A stretch of 64,000 nt of DNA from Candidatus Bathyarchaeota archaeon (GTDB taxonomy: Archaea > Thermoproteota > Bathyarchaeia > Bathyarchaeales > Bathyarchaeaceae): positions 32,001 to 96,000 of the forward strand of contig CAVOMX010000012.1 of assembly GCA_963697165.1 (NCBI GenBank), written 5' to 3'. Numbering within the stretch: the stretch's first letter is position 1; every line of letters begins with the position of its first letter. The notes under the pieces were generated by a model. The model made no database searches. It was not told where the DNA came from and saw nothing but the letters and a program-made list of their open reading frames with translations. The position numbers were made by a program, and so were the translations under genes. Shown piece after piece: positions 21,268 through 31,672 of the stretch.

Positions 21268-22110
21268 TCAGTTCCTTTTTAGGAATCCTTCTAACCCCTT
21301 GGGGTTTCTCCTACTTCTTTTAATAGCAATTTTTTCTCCTACCCGAAGTCTCATTCCGTCAAAAGCTGCTACCGCTGGAACTCCAGTTGTGTCTTCGATT
21401 ATTTTTATTTCGTATGCGGGTCCGCTGAAGAGCATTTTCATTCCGAAGTGTGTGGCTATAACCATCTCAGGCTTGACGGTGTCAACGATTTTGGCGGCTT
21501 CTTTTGGCGTCATATGTCCCGCCCATGGGCTTCCTAGGGGTCTCATTACAGAAAGGATGAGGATTCTAACTCCTATATATTGTTCTTCGATGCCTTCAAA
21601 ATATTCGGTGTCGGCGGTGTATCCGATGTCGCCGACCTCAGGGATTTTGAACCTAAAACCTACAGTTTCAGGGTCAGAGTGCATAGTTTTTGTGGCAACT
21701 ATTTTGGTGTTGCCGACTTTGAAGTTGACGCCGGGTTTCAATATTATTGCCTTTTCTAACATGTTCTGGTGGTATGTGGAGATTGCGGGTCCAGTTTCTT
21801 GGTCTCCGATTAGGATGTTTGGGGGCGCGGCTACGATTCCTCTTTTCTTAAGCATGCCTTTGGTCATGGCTTCAACTAGAATCTCCGCGTTAGTGTAATG
21901 GTCGGGGTGTCTATGAGAAACAAGTAATGCCCTGATTTTTTGGGGAGACAACCCTGCTTCTAGCGAGTATATGAGGGCGCCTGGACCAGGGTCAACGTGA
22001 ATGTTAAAGTTCTGGGAGATGAGGCGTATTCCTCCTGTTCTTCGTTTCTGTGTTATGGTGGCGAATCTTCCGCCTCCTGTTCCCAAAAATACCAGTTCAA
22101 CTTCGTCCAT
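21268..22110 (-). CDS. MBL-fold metallohydrolase
   Basis: FLGTGGGRF, VDPGPG, SHRHPDH, YTADT, THFG. Confidence 0.9.
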   Translation of the reverse strand: MDEVELVFLGTGGGRFATITQKRRTGGIRLISQNFNIHVDPGPGALIYSLEAGLSPQKIRALLVSHRHPDHYTNAEILVEAMTKGMLKKRGIVAAPPNILIGDQETGPAISTYHQNMLEKAIILKPGVNFKVGNTKIVATKTMHSDPETVGFRFKIPEVGDIGYTADTEYFEGIEEQYIGVRILILSVMRPLGSPWAGHMTPKEAAKIVDTVKPEMVIATHFGMKMLFSGPAYEIKIIEDTTGVPAVAAFDGMRLRVGEKIAIKRSRRNPKGLEGFLKRN

Positions 22111-22248
22111 GATTTTTCACCCTTATGGGGTGGACTGCAGTTTATTTTGATAGAATATGGCAATAAATAGTTATAAGGTTTTGAATCTTGGGGTGGCAGA
22201 GAATGTTATATTACCCGTAATCATGAAATATCTGTAGATGATTCGATA

Positions 22249-22923
22249 ATGAAGGTTGTGGTTCGTGTTGGCGGTTCAGTTGTGGGTTCTCCTCTCAACT
22301 CTCTTCTGATAGCCAAATATGTTGATTTGCTGAAAGAATTGAAGCAGCAGGGACACGAGGTTGTCGCAGTTGTGGGCGGAGGCTCGCTTGCTAGAGAATT
22401 CATCAAAGCGGCAGCAGATCTTGGTTTAGAGGAGACAAGAAGGGACTGGGCTGCGATTCATGTTTCGCGGCTGTTTGCTCAACTGTTCATGTTAGGTTTG
22501 GGCGAGATTGGCTGTGGAAGTGTTCCCGTTTCTGTAGATGAGGCTCAAGCTTGTTTGGATACGGGTAAGGTTGTGGTGTTTGGTGGTTTGCGTCCGGGAA
22601 TGACAACAGATTCAGTAGCTGCATTGATTGGCGAACGAATACATGCTGATTTGTTGGTGAAAGGCTCAAACGTGGACGGCATATACAGCAAGGACCCGAA
22701 GAAGTATTCTGACGCAAAAAAACTGGATGCGTTACGGTTTGAAGATTTGGGGAAGCTCTTTGAGGCAAACAGTCACAGGGCAGGGATTAACCAAATTATC
22801 GATCCTGAAGCAGTTAAGATTCTCCAGAGATGCAAAATAAAGACAGTAGTAGTGAATGGTTATGACTCGGAGAATGTTTTGGCTGCAGTTAAGGGTAAAC
22901 AGGTTGGAACTGTTATCACGTGA
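22249..22923 (+). CDS. pyrH: UMP kinase
   Basis: RVGGS, VVGGG..AR, PGMTTD, VDGIYSKDP. Confidence 0.95.
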   Translation: MKVVVRVGGSVVGSPLNSLLIAKYVDLLKELKQQGHEVVAVVGGGSLAREFIKAAADLGLEETRRDWAAIHVSRLFAQLFMLGLGEIGCGSVPVSVDEAQACLDTGKVVVFGGLRPGMTTDSVAALIGERIHADLLVKGSNVDGIYSKDPKKYSDAKKLDALRFEDLGKLFEANSHRAGINQIIDPEAVKILQRCKIKTVVVNGYDSENVLAAVKGKQVGTVIT

Positions 22924-22982
22924 GTTTGTGTGTGAGAGGTAAGGCTTAAATTAACTATTTCCTGTTTCTTTTGAAGAGATGG

Positions 22983-23088
22983 GCGGCGGTAGCGAAGCCA
23001 GGTCAAACGCGGAGGACTCAAGATCAGCGTTTGATGAGCTATCCTTTCCCATAGGGGTTCGCAGGTTCGATTCCTGCCCGCCGCACCA
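22983..23088 (+). tRNA. tRNA-Leu(CAA) with an 18-nt intron at 37/38 (23023-23040) and encoded CCA
   Basis: Acceptor stem GCGGCGG/CCGCCGC, anticodon stem GAGGA/TCCTT with CT-CAA-G, long variable arm, GGTTCGATTCC T-arm. Canonical BHB: CTCA/TGAG helix with AGA and CTA bulges. Confidence 0.95.
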
Positions 23089-23147
23089 CCATCTTATGAT
23101 TTGTTGTGCAAATTTTTATATGAACAGTCAGTGTATATGGTACTTTT

Positions 23148-23914
23148 ATGGTGTTGAATAGACCGATTTTCTTTCAGACAATCAACATAGTCGCCTTCAT
23201 AGTAACTGTTGCCGTGAATGGGCTGGCTGGAAGCACAACCCTACTAAATGGGGTGACAAGCGGCGAGGTTTCCGATTTTTATCCAACATTGGTTACGCCA
23301 GAGGGTTTCACGTTTGCGATTTGGGGTGTCATCTACATGCTTTTGCTGGCATTCATCGTCTATCAAGCATTATCCAAGAACAGGGACAAGCCGTTTCTAA
23401 GTCAGATTGGTTTGCTGTTTGCGTTAAGTTGCGCCTGTAACGTTGTTTGGCTGTTTCTTTGGCACTACAAACTGTTCATGTATAGTCTGGTTTTGATGTT
23501 TGCGCTGTTGGCAAGCTTGATTCTCATCTATTTGCGGCTGGATATTGGCAGGGCAGCTGCTTCGCTTAAGGAGATGGTGTTTGTGCATTTGCCTTTCAGC
23601 GTTTACTTGGGCTGGATAAGCATCGCCACCATAGCTAACGTATCGGTTGCTTTGACGGCTTTTGGCTGGGATGGATTTGGCATCGAGGCGTCGACGTGGG
23701 CTGTTGTGATAATCTGTGTTGCTTTGCTACTATCTTTAGCAATGCTCGCAAAAAGAAAAGACATAGCGTTCTGTTTCGTGGTTGTCTGGGCTCTATCGGG
23801 ATACTTGTAAAACAGAGTGGATATGAAAGCATCGTTTTGGCTTCTGAGATAGGCATAGGACTTCTTCTTGTCGCCATCGGCGTGACTGTTGCTTTTTCAA
23901 GACTTAAACGCTGA
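23148..23914 (+). CDS. TspO/tryptophan-rich sensory protein-like membrane protein (frameshift near 23800)
   Basis: TPEGFTFAIWGVIY, NVVWLFLWH, PFSVYLGWISIATIAN; multiple TM helices. Confidence 0.8.
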
Positions 23915-23937
23915 AAAACCATACCTCCTATTGCAGG

Positions 23938-25331
23938 GTGACAATTGGGTTGCTGAAGAAAACCAAAATCGTGTGCACGATTGGTCCCGCCAGTCTAGAG
24001 TCTGAGACATTGGAAAGGATGTTTCAGGCTGGCATGAACTGTGTTAGAATAAACACTGCATACGGAGACTTTGACCGTTACAGGCAGGTTGTGGACAATG
24101 TTCGAGAAGTAGCTGACATGCCTGTTATGGTTGATTTGAAGGGTCCAGAAATCAGGATTCGAACAGACAAAGAACATGTCGTCAAGAAGGGCGAGGTGCT
24201 TGAGGCGGGCTTCAATGGTGAGGCAATCAGCTTTAATCACAACTTCATTGACCATATGAATGTTGGCGATGTGATTTTCATTGATAACGGCAGAATCAGA
24301 ACATTCTGTTATCGAAAAGGCTGATGGTTCATTGCGTCTGCTTGTAGAGAACGGCGGGGTAGTATCTGATGGCAAAGGCGTCAACGTTCCAAACAAACAA
24401 CTTACAGTTCCAACCCTATCACAACGGGACCTGAAGATCATCGACTTTGCAAAAGAGCATGAAGTAGAGTTTTTGGCTCTCTCATTTACAAGAAACGCCA
24501 AAGACGTAGCAAACCTCAAGTCAGCGGCTGAAGGACTTCAAGGGGGCAGTGATTGCTAAGATCGAAAACTTTGAGGGAATCACAAACTTCAAGGAGATTC
24601 TAAACGCATCAGAAGCAATCATGGTTGCAAGAGGCGACTTGGGCGTCGAAATCGAGCCAGAACGTGTTCCTCTAGTCCAGAAGTCTCTGGTTCGCAGTGT
24701 GCAATCAGGCAGGAAAAACTGTTGTGACAGCCACGGAGATGCTGGAATCCATGATGCATCAGCCTAACCCAACAAGAGCCGAAGTCAGCGACGTGGCAAA
24801 CGCGATACTGGACGGAACCGACGCAACCATGCTTTCTGGAGAAACAGCGGTTGGCGAGTTTCCGGTCGAGTCTGTGGCTATGATGACTCGTATAGCCTTG
24901 GAGGTGGAAAAGGCGACAAAAAGCAGCGTTAAAGACAGGGGATTTGTTAACATCTCGGATACTGTAAGCTGGTCTATTCAGAGGATTTGCCAGAGCATGC
25001 CCTTGACCAAGATTGTTACATTAACTAGGTCAGGTTACACGGCGAAGATGATTTCCCGTTTCAAGATTCGCAGATCAGATAATCGCGGTTACGTCCAAGC
25101 CCGATGGTAAAGAAGCAGCTGGAGCTGGTTTATGGCGTAGTTCCAGTGCATTATGATTACCGCAAAGAAGAAGACAGACTACTGTCTGTTGCATGTATGC
25201 TGTATTCCATGAAGTTGCTAAACATCGAGGACTTGGTGCTCTTCACAGCCGCTTTTAGAACAAAAATGAAACATGCAAGCAACCTCATCGAAATCCACAC
25301 ACTCAAAGAACTCCTAGACCTAAAAAAATAG
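23938..25331 (+). CDS. pyk: Pyruvate kinase (split by several frameshifts)
   Basis: [66 protein letters not shown] across five consecutive ORF pieces. Confidence 0.93.
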
Positions 25332-25685
25332 CCTGCTCAACACGCCGAGAAATCATATTATTAGCTAAATATGTTGTAAGAACATATTATTTAATAGTGC
25401 AGACTTCTTTGTTAACAGAAGAAGCACTATGTTTGACTAACTCTCAAATCCACGGTTTAGTTTGGATCAAGTCACTGCTGGAGTTATCACCCGATTAATC
25501 CCACAACTCTACTTTTTTAGAAATCAAGTGGGTTAAATTTTTACCAAAAAAATTCACGCCTGCTTATATAGTCTGAATTTCAACTGTTGATTCAAAGTGG
25601 ACTTCCAACTTATTCATAAAAGTCTCTTATTAGTTGGTTGTTTAGATGTTTTCTTTTTTGTACCATAATTTAGAAATACCAAAGT

Positions 25686-26170
25686 TTACTGGGGAACAAA
25701 ATCTAATATGCACTGTTGCGATTCTTTGCATTTTTGAGATTTGAGTTTAAACTTCATTGTTTTAGCAATTTCAGAAACCCAAACTTGATATTCAGTACTG
25801 CAAATAGTTTCACCAATAATTCCAGAAAGGTCCTTTCGCCCACTTTTGATCATTAAATTATGCCATGGACAACCAGTTATTATTATTCGAAATCCATTCT
25901 GCGGTCTTTTCTGCCTTAAATTTGAATCCTTCCAACTCAAGCTTTGTTACAAGACTCTCAAGAAGAGCCTCTGAGCCGTTTTCGAGCCCTAAAAATGATT
26001 GGATCATTCTAGCCTGAATCTTTGGCATTACTTTCCAGACTTCATTATCCAATTCTAGAGCAGCGTCAAATCCGTGTTTCTCTTCAACTTTCATAAACCA
26101 CAGTCCATCCACAGCTTTGTAGCTCCGATTAAAATAGTCGGCGACTTGTTGCGAACTCAATTTAGTCATA
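25686..26170 (-). CDS. DUF6125-like (V4R/4-vinyl reductase-like fold) protein (frameshifted)
   Basis: AVDGLWF..VE...G...A..LD..VW, followed by CPW.....K.GR and C...C motifs. Confidence 0.7.
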
Positions 26171-26334
26171 TGATCACACTTAGCTCTTAGAAAGAGCTGA
26201 TAAATCAGGTTTTTCTAAAAAAGTATTCAACATTTTTATCGCTTGAAATAGTCATAACATATAAACGGAACAAAAATTTGATATCCACTCCCACAAACTC
26301 CTTTATTGGTCACAACAGAACAGAGATACTAAAA

Positions 26335-27750
26335 ATGGATAACGAACAGTTTAGGAAATATGGGCACGAAATGGTGGATTGGATAGCCGATTTCATGAAA
26401 AACATCGAAAAATATCCTGTGCATCCGGATATCCAGCCGGGAGAAATCAAAACACAACTTCCTAAAAATGCGCCAACAAAAGGAGAGAAAATGGAGGACA
26501 TTCTCAAGGATTTCCAGAACATCATCTTGCCCGGAATTACCCACTGGCAGCATCCTTGTTGGTTCGCCTATTTTCCAGCAAACAATAGTCCACCCTCGGT
26601 TCTGGGAGAATTTCTGACAGCCGCGCTTGGGGCGCAGTGCATGATCTGGAAGACTTCACCCGCAGCAGAAGAACTAGAGGAGGTGACATTGGAGTGGCTC
26701 AGGAAAATGGTTGGCCTGCCTGAGGGCATGGTAGGCGTGATACAGGATTCCGCATCCACTTCTACGTTAGTTGCCTTAATAGCCGCTAGAGAAAAGGCGT
26801 CAGACTTCGAGATTAACAACAAAGGCTTCGCTGAATTCTTGACTGTCTATTGTTCAGAGGAAGCTCATTCAAGTGTTGTGAAAGGTGCGAAGATTGCCGG
26901 TTATGGTGAGGAGAACATACGACTGATTCCCGCTGATGAGAACTTTGCAATGATCCCCGCAAAGCTTGAAGAAACAATTCGAGAGGACATAGCTGAAGTA
27001 AAAAAACCAGCCTTTGTCTGCGCTACGTTAGGAACGACCTCTTCTGCGGGCGTAGACCCTTTGGACAAAATTGGAGCCATCTGCAAGAAACATAACGTGT
27101 GGCTTCACGTGGACGCAGCATATGCAGGCGCCGCTGCTATACTGCCAGAAAAGAGATGGATAATGGAGGGCATAGAATATTCGGATTCATTTGTTTTTAA
27201 TCCCCATAAATGGCTACTCACCAACTTTGACTGCTCAGCGTTTTTCGTTAAAGATTTAATAACGCTCAAGAAAACATTCGAAATTCACCCTGAATACCTC
27301 AAGACGGGCGTGGATGCCAAGGTCAATAATTACCGAGATTGGGGAATCCAGCTAGGAAGACGGTTTAGAGCACTTAAACTATGGTTTGTTCTGCGATCAT
27401 ATGGGGTTGAAGGTCTTCAGAATATGGTTCGTGAGCACATCAGATTGGCACAAATGCTAAAACAGTGGATAGATGATGATCCACGTTTTGAAGTTATGGC
27501 TCCTGTAGATTTTAGTTTAGTTTGCTTTAGGTTTAATCCAAAAAGCATGTCCGAACAGCAACTAGATGAGTTGAATAGGCGGTTGCTTGAAAGCGTCAAT
27601 CAAACTGGCAAGACCTTGTTGACCCACACTATGCTCAAAGGCAGGTATGTGATTCGTTTTTGTATTGCTCAGAGAACAACCAGGGAAGAGCATGTTAGAC
27701 AAATATGGAAGCTGATCACTGAGAAAGTAGAAAAATTGCTAGAACGGTAA
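26335..27750 (+). CDS. PLP-dependent aromatic L-amino acid decarboxylase (group II, DDC-like)
   Basis: PGITHWQHP..FAYFP, SPAAEELE, AHSSV.K, LGTT, WLHVDAAYAG, FNPHKW (PLP Lys), LGRRFRALKLW. Confidence 0.93.
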   Translation: MDNEQFRKYGHEMVDWIADFMKNIEKYPVHPDIQPGEIKTQLPKNAPTKGEKMEDILKDFQNIILPGITHWQHPCWFAYFPANNSPPSVLGEFLTAALGAQCMIWKTSPAAEELEEVTLEWLRKMVGLPEGMVGVIQDSASTSTLVALIAAREKASDFEINNKGFAEFLTVYCSEEAHSSVVKGAKIAGYGEENIRLIPADENFAMIPAKLEETIREDIAEVKKPAFVCATLGTTSSAGVDPLDKIGAICKKHNVWLHVDAAYAGAAAILPEKRWIMEGIEYSDSFVFNPHKWLLTNFDCSAFFVKDLITLKKTFEIHPEYLKTGVDAKVNNYRDWGIQLGRRFRALKLWFVLRSYGVEGLQNMVREHIRLAQMLKQWIDDDPRFEVMAPVDFSLVCFRFNPKSMSEQQLDELNRRLLESVNQTGKTLLTHTMLKGRYVIRFCIAQRTTREEHVRQIWKLITEKVEKLLER

Positions 27751-27766
27751 CAAATCCATGTTCCAT

Positions 27767-29170
27767 TTAGAGACGATGTTTGCTTTTGTTCATTTCATGC
27801 CTTTTACCGGAGATTGCAGCAACCGTTTCTCCAACCTTATTTTCTTCTACCACTAGAATGATTTGCGAAGTATGAGGTGCAAAGATTCCACGTTTAATGT
27901 TTATTTGAGGAATCGCCCCGATAGCCATTGACGCGACCCCAGAAGAATACTTCATTCCGTCTCCAATAAGGGTGACAACTCCAACGCCATATTCTATCGT
28001 TAAGTTTTCGTCGAAGCCCTTGAGGCGCTCTTCATTCTTTCGCAGAAAATCTGAATCAAGAAACAGAAAATCACGGATTCGTTTTCCGGTCTCAAGTGTT
28101 TCAATGCCCAAATCCAGAAAATCATTACAGTTTTCCCAAATCCTCAAAGCATCTTCAAAAGACCTGCTGTTTGTATCATCCATCGTGAGTATTGCACAGC
28201 CTGATTTGCCTGTAACACATTTCACGGTTTGATCAAGATTGCTTTCAGAACTTATTAGTGTATAATCTTCGGGTTTAACCATTGACATAACCTTGATTGG
28301 CTGCCCGAATTGCTTAGCCATCGAGATTGCATCGCCTTGAACAATCTTCATTCCCATCTTAGACGCTTTATGAGCCTCATTATACGTAAGAGAAACAATG
28401 TGCTCAGTTACCTGACCCCTAACCATCCTCGGATCAGCACTTTGAACCGGCATCTCCTTAAACAGAACAGTTTCAACATTATATTTTCGCTTTAGTAAAC
28501 ATGAAACAAAGACAGCTGAAAGATCAGAGCCGCCTCTTCCAAGCAATGTTTCTAGCCCGTCACTTGTTATTCCAAGAAATCCTCCTAGAGCAACACTTTT
28601 TCCTGCTTCAAGCACCTCGATAAGCGGTTTAGATTTGCTTTTGCTCAGATGATAATTGGGTGTAGCAGTTTCGAAGTTATCGTCAGTTATGATTGGCCAG
28701 TTTTCTTTTTGAATGTGACAAGAGTCGAACCCGTTGCTTCTCAGGACATAATCCATCAATACAGATGTAGGTAATTCTCCGCCATGTGTGAGAACTTTTG
28801 CTTTGACTGTTCCATGAAAGCGTTTGTTTATTAAAGCCAAAGAGTCATCCAGTTGCCGCTTATAGTTTTTCAGTTCACTGATAGCTTGTTTTAGATACTT
28901 GCCTTTGACGTACTTTTTGGCTAATTTTTCGTAGACGTTAAAGATATAGTCTACTGGAAGGGGTCCAGATTGTGTACATGATTCGCCTAGTTGAATGAGC
29001 TTGTCGGTGAATCCGTTTGGCGCAGAAAAAACAACTATTGGACCTAAATCGCTTTGATTTTTAAGATCATTTACACAATCCAGAATAGCAGGGATATTCT
29101 TGCCATCTTCACTTAGTAAACTTCCACCAAATTTGGCAACTGAAAGCGTTCTGATCGTCTTCACCCTCAT
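27767..29170 (-). CDS. Aspartate kinase family protein (divergent)
   Basis: VAKFGGS, VVFSA, GGE, LGRGGSD.SA, SADPR, LTYNEA; C-terminal ACT-like VTLIGDGM. Confidence 0.85.
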   Translation of the reverse strand: MRVKTIRTLSVAKFGGSLLSEDGKNIPAILDCVNDLKNQSDLGPIVVFSAPNGFTDKLIQLGESCTQSGPLPVDYIFNVYEKLAKKYVKGKYLKQAISELKNYKRQLDDSLALINKRFHGTVKAKVLTHGGELPTSVLMDYVLRSNGFDSCHIQKENWPIITDDNFETATPNYHLSKSKSKPLIEVLEAGKSVALGGFLGITSDGLETLLGRGGSDLSAVFVSCLLKRKYNVETVLFKEMPVQSADPRMVRGQVTEHIVSLTYNEAHKASKMGMKIVQGDAISMAKQFGQPIKVMSMVKPEDYTLISSESNLDQTVKCVTGKSGCAILTMDDTNSRSFEDALRIWENCNDFLDLGIETLETGKRIRDFLFLDSDFLRKNEERLKGFDENLTIEYGVGVVTLIGDGMKYSSGVASMAIGAIPQINIKRGIFAPHTSQIILVVEENKVGETVAAISGKRHEMNKSKHRL

Positions 29171-29243
29171 TACAGCTAACTGGAAACGAATTAAAACATT
29201 TTAAGCCTTTTGTGTAAGCTAGAAAACAAAAAAAGGAGAAGCT

Positions 29244-29624
29244 TCAAACATTCTTGTCGGACTGGATTTTATACGCTAATCCCGAGAACAAGGCCACATC
29301 TTTGTCTTCTTTCTTAACTACTACTCTGCATAAAGCTAAAGTTTTTCCATCCGAAACAGTATTTGCCTCAGCAGTCAAAATGTCTCCCTCTAATGTGGGT
29401 CGTAAGTAGTTTATGCTAACCTGAACCGCAACTGCCTGCTTATCACCAAAGTTTACGGCTTCAGCAAATGCACAGTCAGCCAAAGAAAACAGCACGCCTC
29501 CATGAGTGAAGCTTGCAATGTTTGTGTGTTCTTTTGTGACTTCCAGAGACATTTTCGCGTAACCGTCTCTTATTTCAAGAACTTTGATTCCTAATAACTC
29601 TCTGAAATGGTCATGTCCCTTCAA
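29244..29624 (-). CDS. paaI: PaaI-type hotdog-fold thioesterase
   Basis: HTN.....HGGVLFSLAD.AFA.A.N, INYLRP. Confidence 0.9.
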   Translation of the reverse strand: MKGHDHFRELLGIKVLEIRDGYAKMSLEVTKEHTNIASFTHGGVLFSLADCAFAEAVNFGDKQAVAVQVSINYLRPTLEGDILTAEANTVSDGKTLALCRVVVKKEDKDVALFSGLAYKIQSDKNV

Positions 29625-30658
29625 GTTTTATCACTTCTGGTCAGTTCTGTGCGTACATAACGATACATCTTACGGAGCAACGATGATATCCCTTTGGGCA
29701 AGAAAACAACTATTATGACAAGAAAGATGCCAAGCCCCAGCAAACGTACTGGCGGTCCCACATTACTTACTGCTGGAAAGAGTGGACTTAGAGCAAGCTG
29801 CAGGGCGCCATCTATGTTTGGCAGAAGCGTGTCAATAAAGACCATTATCGCCGAGCCTATTATTGGACCTTCGATGGTGCCAAGACCGCCGATAACTGAC
29901 ATCATCAGCGGCTGGAATGATTTGTCTGCAACAAAAACTGAGACACTAATGTATTTTAGAAAATGGTAGTAGATTGCGCCTGCCAATCCAGCAAAAAATG
30001 TGCTGAGAACAAATGCGTAAAGTTTGTATTTTGCAGTGTTTATGCCAGTCATGCTTGCTTCAACTGCGTTTTGATGTATTGCTCGGAAAGCTAAACCCAT
30101 TTTTGACTTCATTATGAAATATATCACAGCCACGGTTATTATGCTGATTACAGCTGCAAAGTAATAGAATGGTAATCCTGGTGCTACTAATAATGGAGTT
30201 GGGAAACCAAGAACGGCATGGGTATAGTCATCGAAGTGACTGAACAGGGTTTCTGCGATAACGGAAAAGCCGAAGGTTACCATGGCTAAGAACCAGGCTT
30301 GAAGTCTTACACATGTGACGCCTATCAAAAATCCGATTCCTGCAGAGAATGCAGCTCCGATGAATATTCCGATTATTGGGGGTATGCCCAAGTTTATTGC
30401 AAGCAACGATGAAGTGAATCCGCCTATGCCCAAGAATGCTGCGTGACCTAGTGAGCCTTGCCCCGACATGGCTAATAGATTCCAGCTTGAAGCGTATATC
30501 GTGAAGATGGCGATAAGTGTTAAGATGCGAATAATGTAAGTGTCGCTTACAAAAAGGGGAAAAGCCAAAGAAACTGCGATTGCAATCAGGATTATTCTGC
30601 CTTTTGTGGACTGCAGAATCTTGAGAATGTTGTCTTTCGTGAACTTTTTCCTGAACAT
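29621..30658 (-). CDS. livM: HAAT-family ABC transporter permease LivM
   Basis: SWNLL..SGQ.SLGHAAF, G.AFRAI, GGLGTIEGPIIG, PKGI. Confidence 0.92.
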   Translation of the reverse strand: MFRKKFTKDNILKILQSTKGRIILIAIAVSLAFPLFVSDTYIIRILTLIAIFTIYASSWNLLAMSGQGSLGHAAFLGIGGFTSSLLAINLGIPPIIGIFIGAAFSAGIGFLIGVTCVRLQAWFLAMVTFGFSVIAETLFSHFDDYTHAVLGFPTPLLVAPGLPFYYFAAVISIITVAVIYFIMKSKMGLAFRAIHQNAVEASMTGINTAKYKLYAFVLSTFFAGLAGAIYYHFLKYISVSVFVADKSFQPLMMSVIGGLGTIEGPIIGSAIMVFIDTLLPNIDGALQLALSPLFPAVSNVGPPVRLLGLGIFLVIIVVFLPKGISSLLRKMYRYVRTELTRSDKT

Positions 30659-31534
30659 TTAGTCGCCCTTCTCTCCAAAGAGTCCTTTTGGTCTGAGGAT
30701 AAGAACAATTATTAGAAGTGAAAACGCAACTGCGTCTCTCCAGATGCCGCCAAAAAATATGACTGCTGATTGTTCTGCAATTCCGTATAATAACCCGCCG
30801 ATTATTGCGCCGGGTATGCTTCCTAAGCCACCCAAGATTATGATTGCAAACGCTTTGATGGTTGGTATTGCTCCTATGTATGGAGTGAACGGAGCGATTA
30901 TGCCATAAAGTGAACCTGCGGCTCCAGCTAATGCGGCGCCTAACGCAAAAGTGAAAATGTAAATGTGTTCAATGTTTATTCCCATGAGCATTGCGGCTTG
31001 ACTTTTTTGGCTTGTTGCTCTCATAGCCCTGCCTATCTTGGTTTTCTTAATCAACAAAACTAGCCCAACTAGTATGGCAGCAACAAATGCGAGAGAAATT
31101 AGCCGGTCATAGCTTATGGCCACTTCACCCAAATGTAAGCTCATGTTTTCGAAGGGACTGGTAATTTGTTTAATTTTTTCGCCCCAAATCAGAACAGCAA
31201 TATTGTCAAATACCAGAATCAATCCCAGGCTTACAAAAATTTCGTTAAGTTTGTCTGCTCCCAAAACCCTGCGGAAAGCCAATCTTTCAACTGCTACTCC
31301 AATTAATGCAACTATTCCCATCGACAAGAATAGTGCAATGTAGGCATTCACTCCAAAGACGGTGCTTATTGAGAAGCTTACGTATGCACCCACCATTAGG
31401 AGTTCGCCGTGGGCAAAATTCACCAGCTTCATTACGCCAAAAATTAGATTCAATCCTGTGGCAAGTAAAATGTATATACAGCCTATTGCTACACCCCATA
31501 TCAAAGTTAGAATCAACGTTGTAGCGTCAATCAT
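30659..31534 (-). CDS. livH: HAAT-family ABC transporter permease LivH
   Basis: GLNLIFGV..VNFAHGE, GRAMRA, GGLGS..GA, RPKGL. Confidence 0.93.
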   Translation of the reverse strand: MIDATTLILTLIWGVAIGCIYILLATGLNLIFGVMKLVNFAHGELLMVGAYVSFSISTVFGVNAYIALFLSMGIVALIGVAVERLAFRRVLGADKLNEIFVSLGLILVFDNIAVLIWGEKIKQITSPFENMSLHLGEVAISYDRLISLAFVAAILVGLVLLIKKTKIGRAMRATSQKSQAAMLMGINIEHIYIFTFALGAALAGAAGSLYGIIAPFTPYIGAIPTIKAFAIIILGGLGSIPGAIIGGLLYGIAEQSAVIFFGGIWRDAVAFSLLIIVLILRPKGLFGEKGD

Positions 31535-31672
31535 TTGATTTTCAACCGTTTGTTTGGCTATATTCTACTTAAAATTTCCGCTATAAGGATAATTCAAGAG
31601 GAAAACAAAAAATTCTAGAAATAAAGAAAAAAGGATGGTTGGGAAGTTCCCGTTGACTTTTGAAAGTCATTC

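Noticed and set aside
21299..21898. Long antisense ORFs in the track (e.g. 21299-21898, 8068-8541, 23995-24519, 55770-56252, 46206-46655)
   Set aside because: They are shadows of well-supported genes on the opposite strand and carry no motifs
23060..23088. tRNA-Leu 3' end as the att site of an integrated element
   Set aside because: I found no direct repeat of the tRNA 3' end and no integrase in the window
23938..25331. Programmed ribosomal frameshifting in pyk and other split genes
   Set aside because: Several shifts per gene and no consistent slippery sequence or stimulatory structure; best explained by sequencing error
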